Source of the DNA: an uncultured Gemmatimonadaceae bacterium
GTDB taxonomy: Bacteria; Gemmatimonadota; Gemmatimonadetes; Gemmatimonadales; Gemmatimonadaceae
Assembly (NCBI GenBank): GCA_963781585.1
Contig: CAWAGQ010000007.1
Coordinates: 320,001 to 384,000, forward strand
Reading direction: 5' to 3'
Length of the DNA: 64,000 nt
The position numbers were made by a program, and so were the translations under genes. Below the pieces are notes generated by a model. That model saw only the letters and a program-made list of their open reading frames with translations, was not told where the DNA came from and did no database searches. Below are positions 1 to 9,515 of the stretch, piece after piece (position 1 is the stretch's first letter; every line of letters starts with the position of its first letter).

Positions 1-79
1 TTGTCGCGCGCGACGCGGCGTGCCAAGATCCCCGGGTGCGGCGATGCGCATCGGCCCCCATTCTGACAGGACGGACCTT

Positions 80-619
80 ATGAAGACCACCCCCGCAGGT
101 ATTCTGTGCCTCCTCTTCGTATTCGCGACGAGAAGTGCCGGCGCGCAAAGAGATGTCAAAGTCTGCTCCCTGCTCACCGCGAGCGAAATCGAAACGGGCG
201 TGGGGAGCACGCCAGGCGCGCCACATCCCTCGAGCCACGTGATCGACGATGGACCCGCGAAGGGAGAGACGATGGACAACTGCACCTGGCCCGCGGGAGC
301 TCCCCTCTCGATGTTCGCGATCAACGTGATCCCGGTGCCGGCGGGAGTGTCTCGCGAGCAGGGCATCGCGCTGATCAAGAAGTCATACACGGATCTGCTG
401 GGCGAGGGGTGGACGGAGGAGAAAAAGGACTTCGGCGATGCCTATTGCACGCTTGTCTCGCCGCCAGCCGCCCAGGTCGGTCACGACCCCATCGTGAGCG
501 CGTGCATCGGCGAATCGAAGGGACTCGGGCTCAGCGTCATGTACATGAGCCCCACGAAAAAGCTCACCCTGGACAATGTGAAGGGGTTGTACGATCACGC
601 CGTCGGCCGCCTCAAGTAG
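80..619 (+). CDS. Secreted hypothetical protein with Cys pairs (DUF3558-like)
   Basis: ATG at 80 gives a signal peptide (MKTTPAGILCLLFVFATRSAGA); VCSLLT..EI and NCTW motifs; 4 Cys in the mature part. Confidence 0.6.
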   Translation: MKTTPAGILCLLFVFATRSAGAQRDVKVCSLLTASEIETGVGSTPGAPHPSSHVIDDGPAKGETMDNCTWPAGAPLSMFAINVIPVPAGVSREQGIALIKKSYTDLLGEGWTEEKKDFGDAYCTLVSPPAAQVGHDPIVSACIGESKGLGLSVMYMSPTKKLTLDNVKGLYDHAVGRLK

Positions 620-756
620 CGTCGTTCGTGATTGTGCATCGCGCCGGCCGCGCCTCAACCGGCCGGCGCCGACGTCCGTCACAGTGCCATTCCTGCGCCG
701 AGTTCAGGCCGATCTGAACTGACGCAGCGGGGGCGGGAGTCGCCGTCTCGGCGGAC

Positions 757-861
757 TCACTCCTCGCGCAGCACGCGCGCCGGCTGCACCCGGCGCGCGG
801 CCAGCGCCGGCACCAGCGATGCCGCCGCCGACACCGCCAGCAACGCCACGGCCGTCAGAAC
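757..861 (-). pseudogene. Orphan 3' fragment of an ADOP/FtsX-type ABC permease
   Basis: Reads VLTAVALLAVSAAASLVPALAARRVQPARVLREE*, matching the C-termini of the ADOP permeases in this window (e.g. VPARRATKADPAEALRGE); no upstream body. Confidence 0.65.
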
Positions 862-869
862 GGGGCGCG

Positions 870-2189
870 CTATTCCGCGGGACCCTTGCGCATCGGCATC
901 GCGCTCTCCACCCAGTCGCGCAACCGCTCGAACGATTGCGCGCCAAGGCGCCGGTCGATCAACACGCCGTCACGGAAGAGCAGCGTGGTCGGCATCTGAT
1001 TGCGCCCTTCGGTCAGCAGCAGCCCCTGTCGGGAGAGCGGTACGCGGGGCACCGTGACGTGAAACTCAGCGAGCTGACTCGCGATGTCCCGTTCCAGACT
1101 CCCAGGATCCGCCGCCTCCACGATCGACAGCTCCGGCAGACGTGTCGCAAAGTACTCGCGCGCCTTTTCGAGATCGTCGAACGCGTCCCGGCTGTGGACG
1201 CTCCACGGCGCCCAGATCAACACCAGCCGGGCGCCGCGGGCCGGCGCCGGCGTTCCCGGGAAGATGTCCCCCCAGGTCCGCTGGTCCGGCAACTTGTCAG
1301 GTACGGCGGGAAGCGGCTCGGCCGGGATGTCCAGCACGCCGCTCGCCAGCATGAAGCCACGGTAATCGGGTCCGTCATAGCGGAAGCACAGCCTGCCGTC
1401 CTGGGTCCAACTGGGGAACAGCGCCGATCCCCCGAGACCGGGCAATGTGCGAACGGTGTGCTGCTGCACGTCGACGATGCGAATCTCGTACCCGGCGCCG
1501 TCCTCCTTGAGCGCGTGAAACGCGATGTAGCGTCCGTCCCACGAGAAATCGGCCTTCGCGCCCTGAATGCCTGTGTCGAAGACGTCGTCGCAGTTGTCGA
1601 GGCCGCGCACCACGACGTTACCCCGCACGAACGTCGTGATACGCGTGCCGTCCTTGGAAATCAGCGGCCGGTCGCCGGTGCCGATCTTGTCGCAGGATTT
1701 CACTTTCGAGGATGGCAGGACCGCCTTGTTGCCGTCGAGATAGTAGTAGTTGCTCTCGATTGTGAGGATCAGGTCCCTACCGCCGCGGACCGCCCAGCTG
1801 TAGTAGTCGCCCAGCCCGTTTGCGCTGGAGCTCACCACCGCATCACCGCTCTCCATGTTCCGGACCGTGACCCCCTCGTCACCGGAGTAGATCAATTGCG
1901 TGCCGTCGACCGACCAGTACGCGTCGATGCCGGGTGTACTGAACAGCACGCGCTTCATCGCGAGGTCAACCACCGTTTCGGTCCACTGCTGCGAGCCGCT
2001 GGCGACCCGGGCCGACATCTGCGACGCGTACACGAGGCGCCGGCCGTCGGGAGAGATCCGCGCGTAGGCGAACACGCCTTCCCGGGGATTGAGAGGATAC
2101 GCCGGAGCGTAGTGGGGTCCCTGCGGCCGGCCGTGTGTACCGCCAAACGCGAGTATGGGGAGTGCGACAAGAACCGGTGTGATGCGCAT
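870..2189 (-). CDS. Secreted TolB-like (PD40) beta-propeller fused to a C-terminal thioredoxin/TlpA-like domain lacking CxxC
   Basis: Signal peptide; repeats ISPDGRRLVY, WSVDG, FSWDGRYIAF, SWTQDG; C-terminal LIWAPWSVHS and PTTLLFRDG..RRLGAQSFERLRDWV. Confidence 0.75.
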   Translation of the reverse strand: MRITPVLVALPILAFGGTHGRPQGPHYAPAYPLNPREGVFAYARISPDGRRLVYASQMSARVASGSQQWTETVVDLAMKRVLFSTPGIDAYWSVDGTQLIYSGDEGVTVRNMESGDAVVSSSANGLGDYYSWAVRGGRDLILTIESNYYYLDGNKAVLPSSKVKSCDKIGTGDRPLISKDGTRITTFVRGNVVVRGLDNCDDVFDTGIQGAKADFSWDGRYIAFHALKEDGAGYEIRIVDVQQHTVRTLPGLGGSALFPSWTQDGRLCFRYDGPDYRGFMLASGVLDIPAEPLPAVPDKLPDQRTWGDIFPGTPAPARGARLVLIWAPWSVHSRDAFDDLEKAREYFATRLPELSIVEAADPGSLERDIASQLAEFHVTVPRVPLSRQGLLLTEGRNQMPTTLLFRDGVLIDRRLGAQSFERLRDWVESAMPMRKGPAE

Positions 2190-2230
2190 GGATTACCAGC
2201 GGGATGAGAGGGATCGACTTCGTGGACGTG

Positions 2231-4180
2231 CTATCGGTTGTCGGGATTTCGTTTCGGCGCGAGATCCAGGGTGAAGACCGATGGCTGCAGCGACTCCCAG
2301 CCGAGCGACAGCACTGTTCGGTCGACGGGCGATACCGCGAGCTCGGGAGGCGGACCGTTCCGCACCTGATACGAGAACAGCTTCCGCACCGATTGCGTCG
2401 CGGCCGTCACCAGGAACACGCCGGGATCGCCATCCGGGCGGCGGTTCTCGGCGACGACCAGCTCCCGTCCTCCGCCCACGATCTGCATAAAGGGCCCCGG
2501 CGCGGCGAAGAACGGCAGGTGAATCGTCGTGCGGCTCGAGCCGTCGGTGTGCAGCAGGTCGATGACATCCATCTGTGCATTGGTTGCCGCGCGTGGATTG
2601 CGCCGCACGGCGAACCACGATCCGTCGGATGAGAGCACGGGGCCGGATGCAAACCCCGCCTGCTCGGGCAGAATCGTCGTTTCGGTGCTGTCGCCGGTCA
2701 ACGTCAGCAGCCGATACTCGTGCGGCCGGCTACGGACGAGGAGCGCACGATGCTCGTCGATCGCCACACCGACGCTCGGCAACTCGCCGAGCGCGACTTC
2801 GCGGAGTACGCTTGCCTTGCCATCCAATGTGAGCAGCCGGAAGATCACGCGTCGATCCGCGTCGGGTCCGCGGTACATCTCCGATACCACCACGCCGCGG
2901 GAGTCCATCAGCCACCGTATGACGGCCGTTTCCTCCTCCGCGAGGGTGTGCAACTGCACCACCTTGCCGGTCGCGAGTTCGACCGCCGAGATGTGCGGTG
3001 GGGCGTCGGCGAGAAAGCCCGTGTAGGCAATCCAGCGTCGATCAGGCGACCAGGCTATTCCGTCCGCGGCGGGCTCGGGCAGCGGAACCGACTGTTGCGG
3101 GGAGCCGTCTGCGCTGAGTATGCGGAGCTCGCCCTTTCCTGCGACACGCGCGACGAGCGCTATCGCCTTGCCGTCAGGCGACCACAACGGCCCGAACATG
3201 GGGTCGGTCGTCTCAAGCAGCACGCGCGATTGCTGGCCGGAGAGCGTCATCGAGCGCAAGCGGCGCACCCGACCGCCTGACGCGACCAGGACCGTCGAGC
3301 CGCGAAGCCATCCCAGGGCCGCTTGATTTGGCGGGAGCGTGAACGCGTCGCGGCGCCGGCCGTCGGCGTCCGCGACCACCCATCGCCGCACCCGGCCAGT
3401 ATCGATGTACGCGAGCGTCCTGCCGTCGGGGGACAATCCCGGCCAGAGTCCTTTCGCCGTCGCGACCACTGCAACCGGTCCACCGGAAACTGCAACGCGC
3501 CGAATCGTCCCCGCAGGCTGGCGATAGGGCGCCGCCAGCGGGAGACAACTCCACTGGGGGACGCACTCGACCGGCGGATTGACCCCGAAGTACAGCGTCG
3601 ATCCGTCCGGGGTCCATCGGATGTTCGCCACGCTCGACGGCAACGCCGCGACGACCACGCGCTCCATACCGCCGGTGATCGGGATGACGACGATACTCTG
3701 TCCAACACCGGTCGAGTCGTCGCGGGCGAATGCGACCGACCGGCCGTCCGGTGAAATCGACGGAACGTCGGCTCCGTTCGAACTGAGGCGCCGTTCGGGT
3801 CCCGCGGCGAGTCCGGTCTGCGGATTGAGCGGGAGCACCCAGACCTCGTGGTCCTTCGGCCGCTCTCCCGCTTTCGTGTACGCCAGCGCGTCCCGGGTTG
3901 GAGACAGATTCAGGTCCCAGGTACTTGCGGCGGCCAGGCGCGTCGGCGTCTTGCGCGCGCGATCGTACATCCAGATTTCGCCGGTCGCGTTCCGGAAGTA
4001 GGTGCGCGCGCTGTCCTCGGTCATCGCGACCAGTTCCATCGTTGCGTCGGGCGGAAACGCGTCGCGAAGTTCGCGGACCGGAGCCGGCGATTGCGCCGGG
4101 AGTCGCGTCGCGCCGTAAAGGAGGACCAGACCGGCTGCTGCCCAGCGATGCATGGGGCTCCGTCGCGGAAGGATGCGCAT
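2231..4180 (-). CDS. Secreted TolB-like beta-propeller (PD40 repeat) protein
   Basis: Many SPDG/WTPDG/WSPDG repeats; signal peptide after ATG 4180 (or 4153). Confidence 0.8.
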   Translation of the reverse strand: MRILPRRSPMHRWAAAGLVLLYGATRLPAQSPAPVRELRDAFPPDATMELVAMTEDSARTYFRNATGEIWMYDRARKTPTRLAAASTWDLNLSPTRDALAYTKAGERPKDHEVWVLPLNPQTGLAAGPERRLSSNGADVPSISPDGRSVAFARDDSTGVGQSIVVIPITGGMERVVVAALPSSVANIRWTPDGSTLYFGVNPPVECVPQWSCLPLAAPYRQPAGTIRRVAVSGGPVAVVATAKGLWPGLSPDGRTLAYIDTGRVRRWVVADADGRRRDAFTLPPNQAALGWLRGSTVLVASGGRVRRLRSMTLSGQQSRVLLETTDPMFGPLWSPDGKAIALVARVAGKGELRILSADGSPQQSVPLPEPAADGIAWSPDRRWIAYTGFLADAPPHISAVELATGKVVQLHTLAEEETAVIRWLMDSRGVVVSEMYRGPDADRRVIFRLLTLDGKASVLREVALGELPSVGVAIDEHRALLVRSRPHEYRLLTLTGDSTETTILPEQAGFASGPVLSSDGSWFAVRRNPRAATNAQMDVIDLLHTDGSSRTTIHLPFFAAPGPFMQIVGGGRELVVAENRRPDGDPGVFLVTAATQSVRKLFSYQVRNGPPPELAVSPVDRTVLSLGWESLQPSVFTLDLAPKRNPDNR

Positions 4181-4438
4181 GAGAATGGCACCGCGGGGCG
4201 TGGGTGGGCAATGGTGTTGATCGTACGCCGAACCCGCTGCCGGCACTCATCGCACCCCGTGTCGCCCTGCGGCTACGAGTGCAGCGTAGATGCCGCACCC
4301 AAGTCGGCTCAGGCAAGAATGGCGCGCCTCGCGCGAATCCGAGCTCAATATGCTCAGCACGGCTCCGCGAATTGCTGACGTGAACCGTCTGCGGGACGAA
4401 CGGCACAACCTCCCGAACGGTGCCGCCGCGCGATGCGG

Positions 4439-5549
4439 TCACTCCGGCGGCCTTCGTTTCTGCACTCTTCGATTGCGCAGATGACGTTGCGACCGTGCTG
4501 CGCTCCTGCTTTGCGGGCACCGACATGTCGGCAGCAATCAGCTTCAATGCAGCTACGAGCGCATTGGCAAGTTCCTCTGACGGGTCTTCGCGCTCGAGCG
4601 CAGTCTGCGGATGCGAGACATTTCGCGATCTCCGCAGCAAGATCGCAAGCTGGCCGTGCTCCTCAGTTATCCATCCCCGACTGCTTGCGAACTTCCCCAA
4701 GTCGTAAGCGCGCTGCCGCCGCCAATTGTCGCCCCATTTCGCTTGGCACTCTGCTTCGTGACGCTGACACACATCAAGCACGACGGTCTCCAGACATGAG
4801 CCCGCAAGTATCACTGTAGACTTGAACGCACCATGGCTGTGTACCAGGGACAACTCCGCCAACTCGCTTTGCAGCAGCGCATCGAGTCGTGGATCAGCCA
4901 ATCGATATTGGCCCAGGGCCAGTGACTCGTTACCACCGCTTGGATTTCCTGGCGCATAGTTGGGCTGCACCGGCAAGAACGGCAAGGTGGCTCTCTCGTC
5001 GCGCTCGATTTGTCGAGTCACCTGCCGGAATCGTTTGAACGAATCGATGCCACGGTAGAAGAAGGCCTTCTCCGACGGCTTGAGAGAGAACGTGCTGTTG
5101 TCAGAGGGCCAGGAGCCGCCGGTCCAGATTCGACTCGCTTGCTGCAGAAGGGCGCCGACGCGAGCGCGCTCGACACCGGATATTCCGAGGGCGTGACCGA
5201 TTTCGGCTGCGTCCACTATCGCGCCCGGCTGCTTCTCGTAGTGCGCTGCGACGAACGCCGCGGCCTGCGCAAGTCGTGCAAGATCATCAGCGGCCGCTGG
5301 CATCGCCGCCAGTGCCTCGAGGCGGATCTCGCACCGGCCGTCGTCGCCCTCTTGGCACAGGATCTTGGCGGTCCCCAGCTTGGCTGCCACGACGCGTACG
5401 TTCATTCGCGGCCCGTAAGCGATTTGGAGGTCGCGCACTCGTGGCCAGTAGCCGTGCTCACGAAAGTATTCGTAGCAATCTCCGAGAAGACGCGAGGATT
5501 TCACGACGTTATGGATGGAGCGGCGCAGTCCGGAGGTCGTTGCTGACAC
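4439..5549 (-). CDS. Hypothetical protein with a C-terminal HEPN/DUF4145-like domain (3' end uncertain)
   Basis: AFKSTVILAGSCLE helix followed by RRSRNVSHP (RxxxxH). The ORF formally runs to 3213 out of frame over the TolB gene; a nearby off-frame TGA at 4439-4441 suggests an indel. Confidence 0.55.
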
Positions 5550-5600
5550 ACCAAGCTAGCTTCCATGCCAGCGGGCAGGAGAGGGCCAACACTCTAAAGA

Positions 5601-6979
5601 GGGTCTTCTCCCGATCGACTGGGAATAATTGTGAGGTTTTTGGTTGAGACGGGGTGAGGCAGACTGAGCACGAGCCTTGCGTGACACGGCAGTGAGCGCA
5701 GGATGGGCGCATGCCAAGACGCCATCGAAAGCGCCGCCTCTGGGACGTGTACCGCTTCCCCGGGTTTTCGCCCAGCGCCACGATCACGGGGATCTTCGGT
5801 GATCCGCAGGCGCGGGTCATCACCCTCACGCGGCGCGCAAAAAACACGCTGCGGCACCTGTGGCCTGGTGCATCACACGTGGTACGATCGGCAGACGCGC
5901 CGCGTCCGCGATCTCTCGTGTGGCGATCGGCGAATCTATCTCGACCTCGAGCTCCGGCGCGTGGCGTGCCGGCGCTGCGGCACGGTGAAGCAGGAGCGGT
6001 TGGACTTCCTCGCCGACTCGCCGTTTTACACCAAACGTTTCGCCTTCTTCGTCGGTCGCCGATGTCGCGCGGCGACGATTCAGGATGTCGCCCGGGAGAC
6101 GCACCTGAATTGGAAGACTATCAAGGCGCTCGAAATGCAGTAGATGCGCGAGCAACTCCGCCGTACGGGCACGCCGGGGCCGCGGATCATCGGCCTCGAC
6201 GAGGTCTCGATCCGCAAAGGGCAGAGCTATCGCATCGTCGTGAGCGACTTGGTGCGCCGGCGGCCGATCTGGTTCGGCGGCACCGATCGCTCGGAAGCCA
6301 GCTTGGATCGGTTCTTCACTTGGCGCGGGCCGCGCAAGAGCGCGCGCATTCAGTTGGCGGTGATGGACATGTGGAAGGCGTTTACCAAATCGACGCGCAC
6401 GAACGCGCCGCACGCCAAGATTCTCTTCGACAAGTTTCATGTGCTCCGGCACCTCAGCGACGCGTTGGACACGGTCCGCAAGCACGAGTACGCGCGACTG
6501 AAGGGCAAAGATCGTCGCTTCATCAAGGGCCAGAAATACACGCTGCTCTCGCACCGCGAGAACCTCACGCTCGAAGGACGGCAGGCTCTCCAGACGCTGC
6601 TCCGCGCGAACAAGCGTCTCCACACGGCGTATCTCCTCAAGGAGTCCTTCGGGCAGCTGTGGGACTACCAGCGCGAGGGGTGGGCGCGCCGCTTCTTCGA
6701 GCACTGGCGGGCGGCGTTGAAGTGGCAGCGCCTGAAACCCTATGAAGCATTCGCCATGATGATCGAGCGGCACTGGGACGGCATCGCCGCTTACTGCGAA
6801 CCGGAGAACAAAGTGTCGCTCGGCTTCGTGGAAGGGTTGAACAACAAGATTCGCGTGCTGCAGCGACGGGCCTACGGCCTCCCTGATCCCGAGTTATCTC
6901 CGCCTCAAAGTCCTGACGTGCATGCTTCCGGAAATCTGAAAAACATCACAAAATCATCCACTCGTTTGGGAGAAGACTC
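5601..6979 (+). mobile_element. ISL3-family insertion sequence, 1379 bp
   Basis: Imperfect 40-bp terminal IRs (GGGTCTTCTCCC.. / ..GGGAGAAGACTC); 8-bp direct repeat TCTAAAGA at 5593-5600 and 6980-6987; ISL3 transposase inside. Confidence 0.95.
5711..6939 (+). pseudogene. ISL3 transposase, disrupted
   Basis: Zn-finger CGTCG..CRRCG, IGLDEVS, VMDMW, FDKFHV, VEGLNNKIR. Frame change at A6 (5839-5844), in-frame TAG at 6141, extra T near 6894 (removing it restores EYLRLKVLTCMLPEI*). Confidence 0.9.
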
Positions 6980-7185
6980 TCTAAAGAGAGGTCCGGTCAG
7001 GAACCCTCAACTGACTCCGGAGCAGGCGCTTCGCCGCGAGCGAGGCCCAAACGCCGATGGATGAACCGACGGCAATCAACCGCGCCGCTACAGCCCCGCG
7101 CCTTCCGCGTGCCGGGTAGAGGACTGGCGGCGGACCTCGGGGCCACGCGCCACGGTCAATTCCAAGTGGGCGAGCCCACGAGACG

Positions 7186-7743
7186 TCAATCGATGCGTCG
7201 ACGGGCACTCAGGGTGGTTCTGGGTTTGCTGAACTGGAACGCGCTCGATGTTCGATCGTCCAGGGCGAGCGAACTGCTGGATTGGTCGATGAGGAACAGT
7301 CGAAGGTGGTATGTGCCACCGGTCCCGCTATACGGCCACTCACCTGGGGAATGAGAGGAGTTCACCTCCCCAATGCGCAGAGTATCCTCGACGAGCGTGC
7401 CCTGCGGAATGGACGTGAACCGATTCGGCAGGTCCAGACAGCCCGCGATCCACTGCCGCTCCAAGGTGCCGTCGGTCTCCCGCAGCAATTCCGCACCACA
7501 ACGGTCGCGGTAGATCACGCCCGGGCCAAGGTTGTCGATGCTGAAGCGTATGTGAATATCCGCAGCGTCTCCCAGTACTGTCGCGTGTGCCGACACGATC
7601 TGGATTCGCGCGAGACCGGGGCGCAGTCCGGACGGGGAGCGACAGTCCACCAGAAGGAGGATCGCCGCCAGAAACGTGACACGGCCTAAGAACAAGCCGG
7701 CGCGCCCACCGCCATCACATTCAGCGTCTGTGTCGTGAAGCAT
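7186..7743 (-). CDS. Hypothetical exported/lipoprotein, beta-rich (start uncertain)
   Basis: Hydrophobic stretch ending LLLVDC; DNLGPGVIY...PQGT and GTYHLRL Ig-like pattern. Confidence 0.5.
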   Translation of the reverse strand: MLHDTDAECDGGGRAGLFLGRVTFLAAILLLVDCRSPSGLRPGLARIQIVSAHATVLGDAADIHIRFSIDNLGPGVIYRDRCGAELLRETDGTLERQWIAGCLDLPNRFTSIPQGTLVEDTLRIGEVNSSHSPGEWPYSGTGGTYHLRLFLIDQSSSSLALDDRTSSAFQFSKPRTTLSARRRID

Positions 7744-9250
7744 TGGCCGAGCGCGGCGCAGTCGTGATGAGCTTCGTAGCAATTGGATCAGGCGATGCCG
7801 CTGGTACCGCAGACTGGCACGGGAAGAACCAACAATCGCAGCCTCCCGGCAACGGACAGAGCGCCAGGTTCAAATGCGCGGTGATGTTGCCCCATCGGCT
7901 GTACCAGTACAAGCAGCCGGAAGTGCATGTCTGGCCGTTGACAATGGTCCCGGCATAGTATACGCCAAGAATGAAGTAGGGCGCATTCTGACTGTTCGAG
8001 GCCGGCGATGTGAAGACCGGAGCTCCGCTGTCTCCGCCCCCAGTGCGACTGCCTGTTACTCGGTCCGAACATAAGATCACTGAGCCGTCGATGACCTCGT
8101 TGACGCAGGTCCCGTTCACGGTACCTCGTGTCCATCCAGTGGTTCGGCCCACCTTGTCCACGCTGGAGTTCATCACGGCATCGGTCGCGCCCATCGGATT
8201 AACAAACCAGAAATCAGCTTCGAGGGACGGAGTGCCGTAGTTCGTGGCAACATACGTGGTCTTTACGACGCGCTTGACGCCGGTGTCCCCGGGAGTATTG
8301 GCGTACTTCACGAACATTGCATCCGCAAGGGCGCACAGACTAACGCCCATACAGTCCGCATCGGCCCGCGTCCATGCCGGGTTGGTGTGGACATAGCCCA
8401 AACGATTCTGCGTGTACGGGAAGCTTCCTCTGGTGGGCTGGTGAATGTAATCGTTGACTCCGCCTGAGCCGACCGTTGCCGCGTCGCAATGCGATGCAGT
8501 CAGAAAGCCTTCACCCACGCCCGTGCCGTGGACGTTCCAAGCCAGGGTGCAGACCTCGTAGCTGTCATTCTGGATCGAGTAGCCGGCTGATGTTGGCCGG
8601 ATGCGTGCGGAAAGCGAATGCTGCAAGCTCCCGGGTACGCCCGGCTCGATACTCAGCGCATCCTGCGGAATCTGAAACTCCTCAGCAAGGGTACGCACGT
8701 CAGCTTGTGCGGATGCGGTGGCGATGCGGACTACGACGCGATTACGCTCCTCGTCAGCGTCAATTCCCAGGAATGAGGGAACTGATGCTATCCTTGGCAT
8801 GAGAAGCTTTTCCCAAGCCAAGAGGGATGAAAAGGAGTAGTCCGCCTTGTAAATGGAGATGCCTGGTCCCGATATCACCTCACTCGCAAGACCAACCCCA
8901 CCTCTGCTCTCGCGGCCATGCCGCGTAGTTCCACGGTGGCCTCGTCTCCGCGGGCTAGGTCTGTGACCGAGACGACCACCCCGCCCCCATACCTGTCCAG
9001 GAAGATCCCTCCTACCTGCGGAACGTGGCTTTCGAGGCGGAGAATATCATCTTCGACGCCTCGGTACTTTCGACCGGCTGCTGCAGCGGCCAGTTCCTGG
9101 CGCGCGATGTTCGATCCAGCCGTGTAAGCCGTGCGAACGGGATTTGGCCGGAGAGGTTCATCCGCACACGCAGCTGCACCGACCACCAAGCACCCTGCAG
9201 CGAGGCCAAAGGTAAGAAACCTCGACTCCTGCCGATTTGAACTCTCGCAT
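7721..9250 (-). pseudogene. S1 (alpha-lytic/streptogrisin-like) serine protease lipoprotein with pro-region, frameshifted
   Basis: Catalytic motifs FLTASHC, DAMFV, GGDSGAP. Pro-region and lipobox (VVGAAAC) lie in another frame (8875-9189). The RBS+ATG at 9250 is one base out of frame. Confidence 0.75.
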
Positions 9251-9515
9251 GGTGACCAATCCTTCTGGCTCAGGTCAAGAGCCGTCGTACAACTCTACGA
9301 CTATTCGGTGCTGGAGGCAAGCAAGTGTCGCACGAGGTGATCCATCGGGGGTGAAGCGACGACGCGGATAGGGTGGTGAAACTCTGCCATCCAAGGTCGG
9401 CAGCCCATTCCATGACCCCGTAGTGCCTCATCGCTGCTGCATCGCTGTACCGAAATGGACCGGTCACAGTGGAGAGTCATGCGGCCATGATTGCGCCCCG
9501 ACTCACGGTTGGCTG

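Noticed and set aside
3213..4438. The 778-aa ORF as a HEPN fusion protein
   Set aside because: The C-terminal part is Arg/Gly-rich off-frame read-through over the TolB-like gene
5549..5601. IS interrupting the HEPN coding sequence
   Set aside because: An in-frame TAG at 5556-5558 lies between the gene start and the IS, so the insertion is intergenic
6141..6143. Amber/pyrrolysine recoding in the transposase
   Set aside because: Many genes here end at TAG, no pyl genes are visible, and a point mutation from a Tyr codon is simpler
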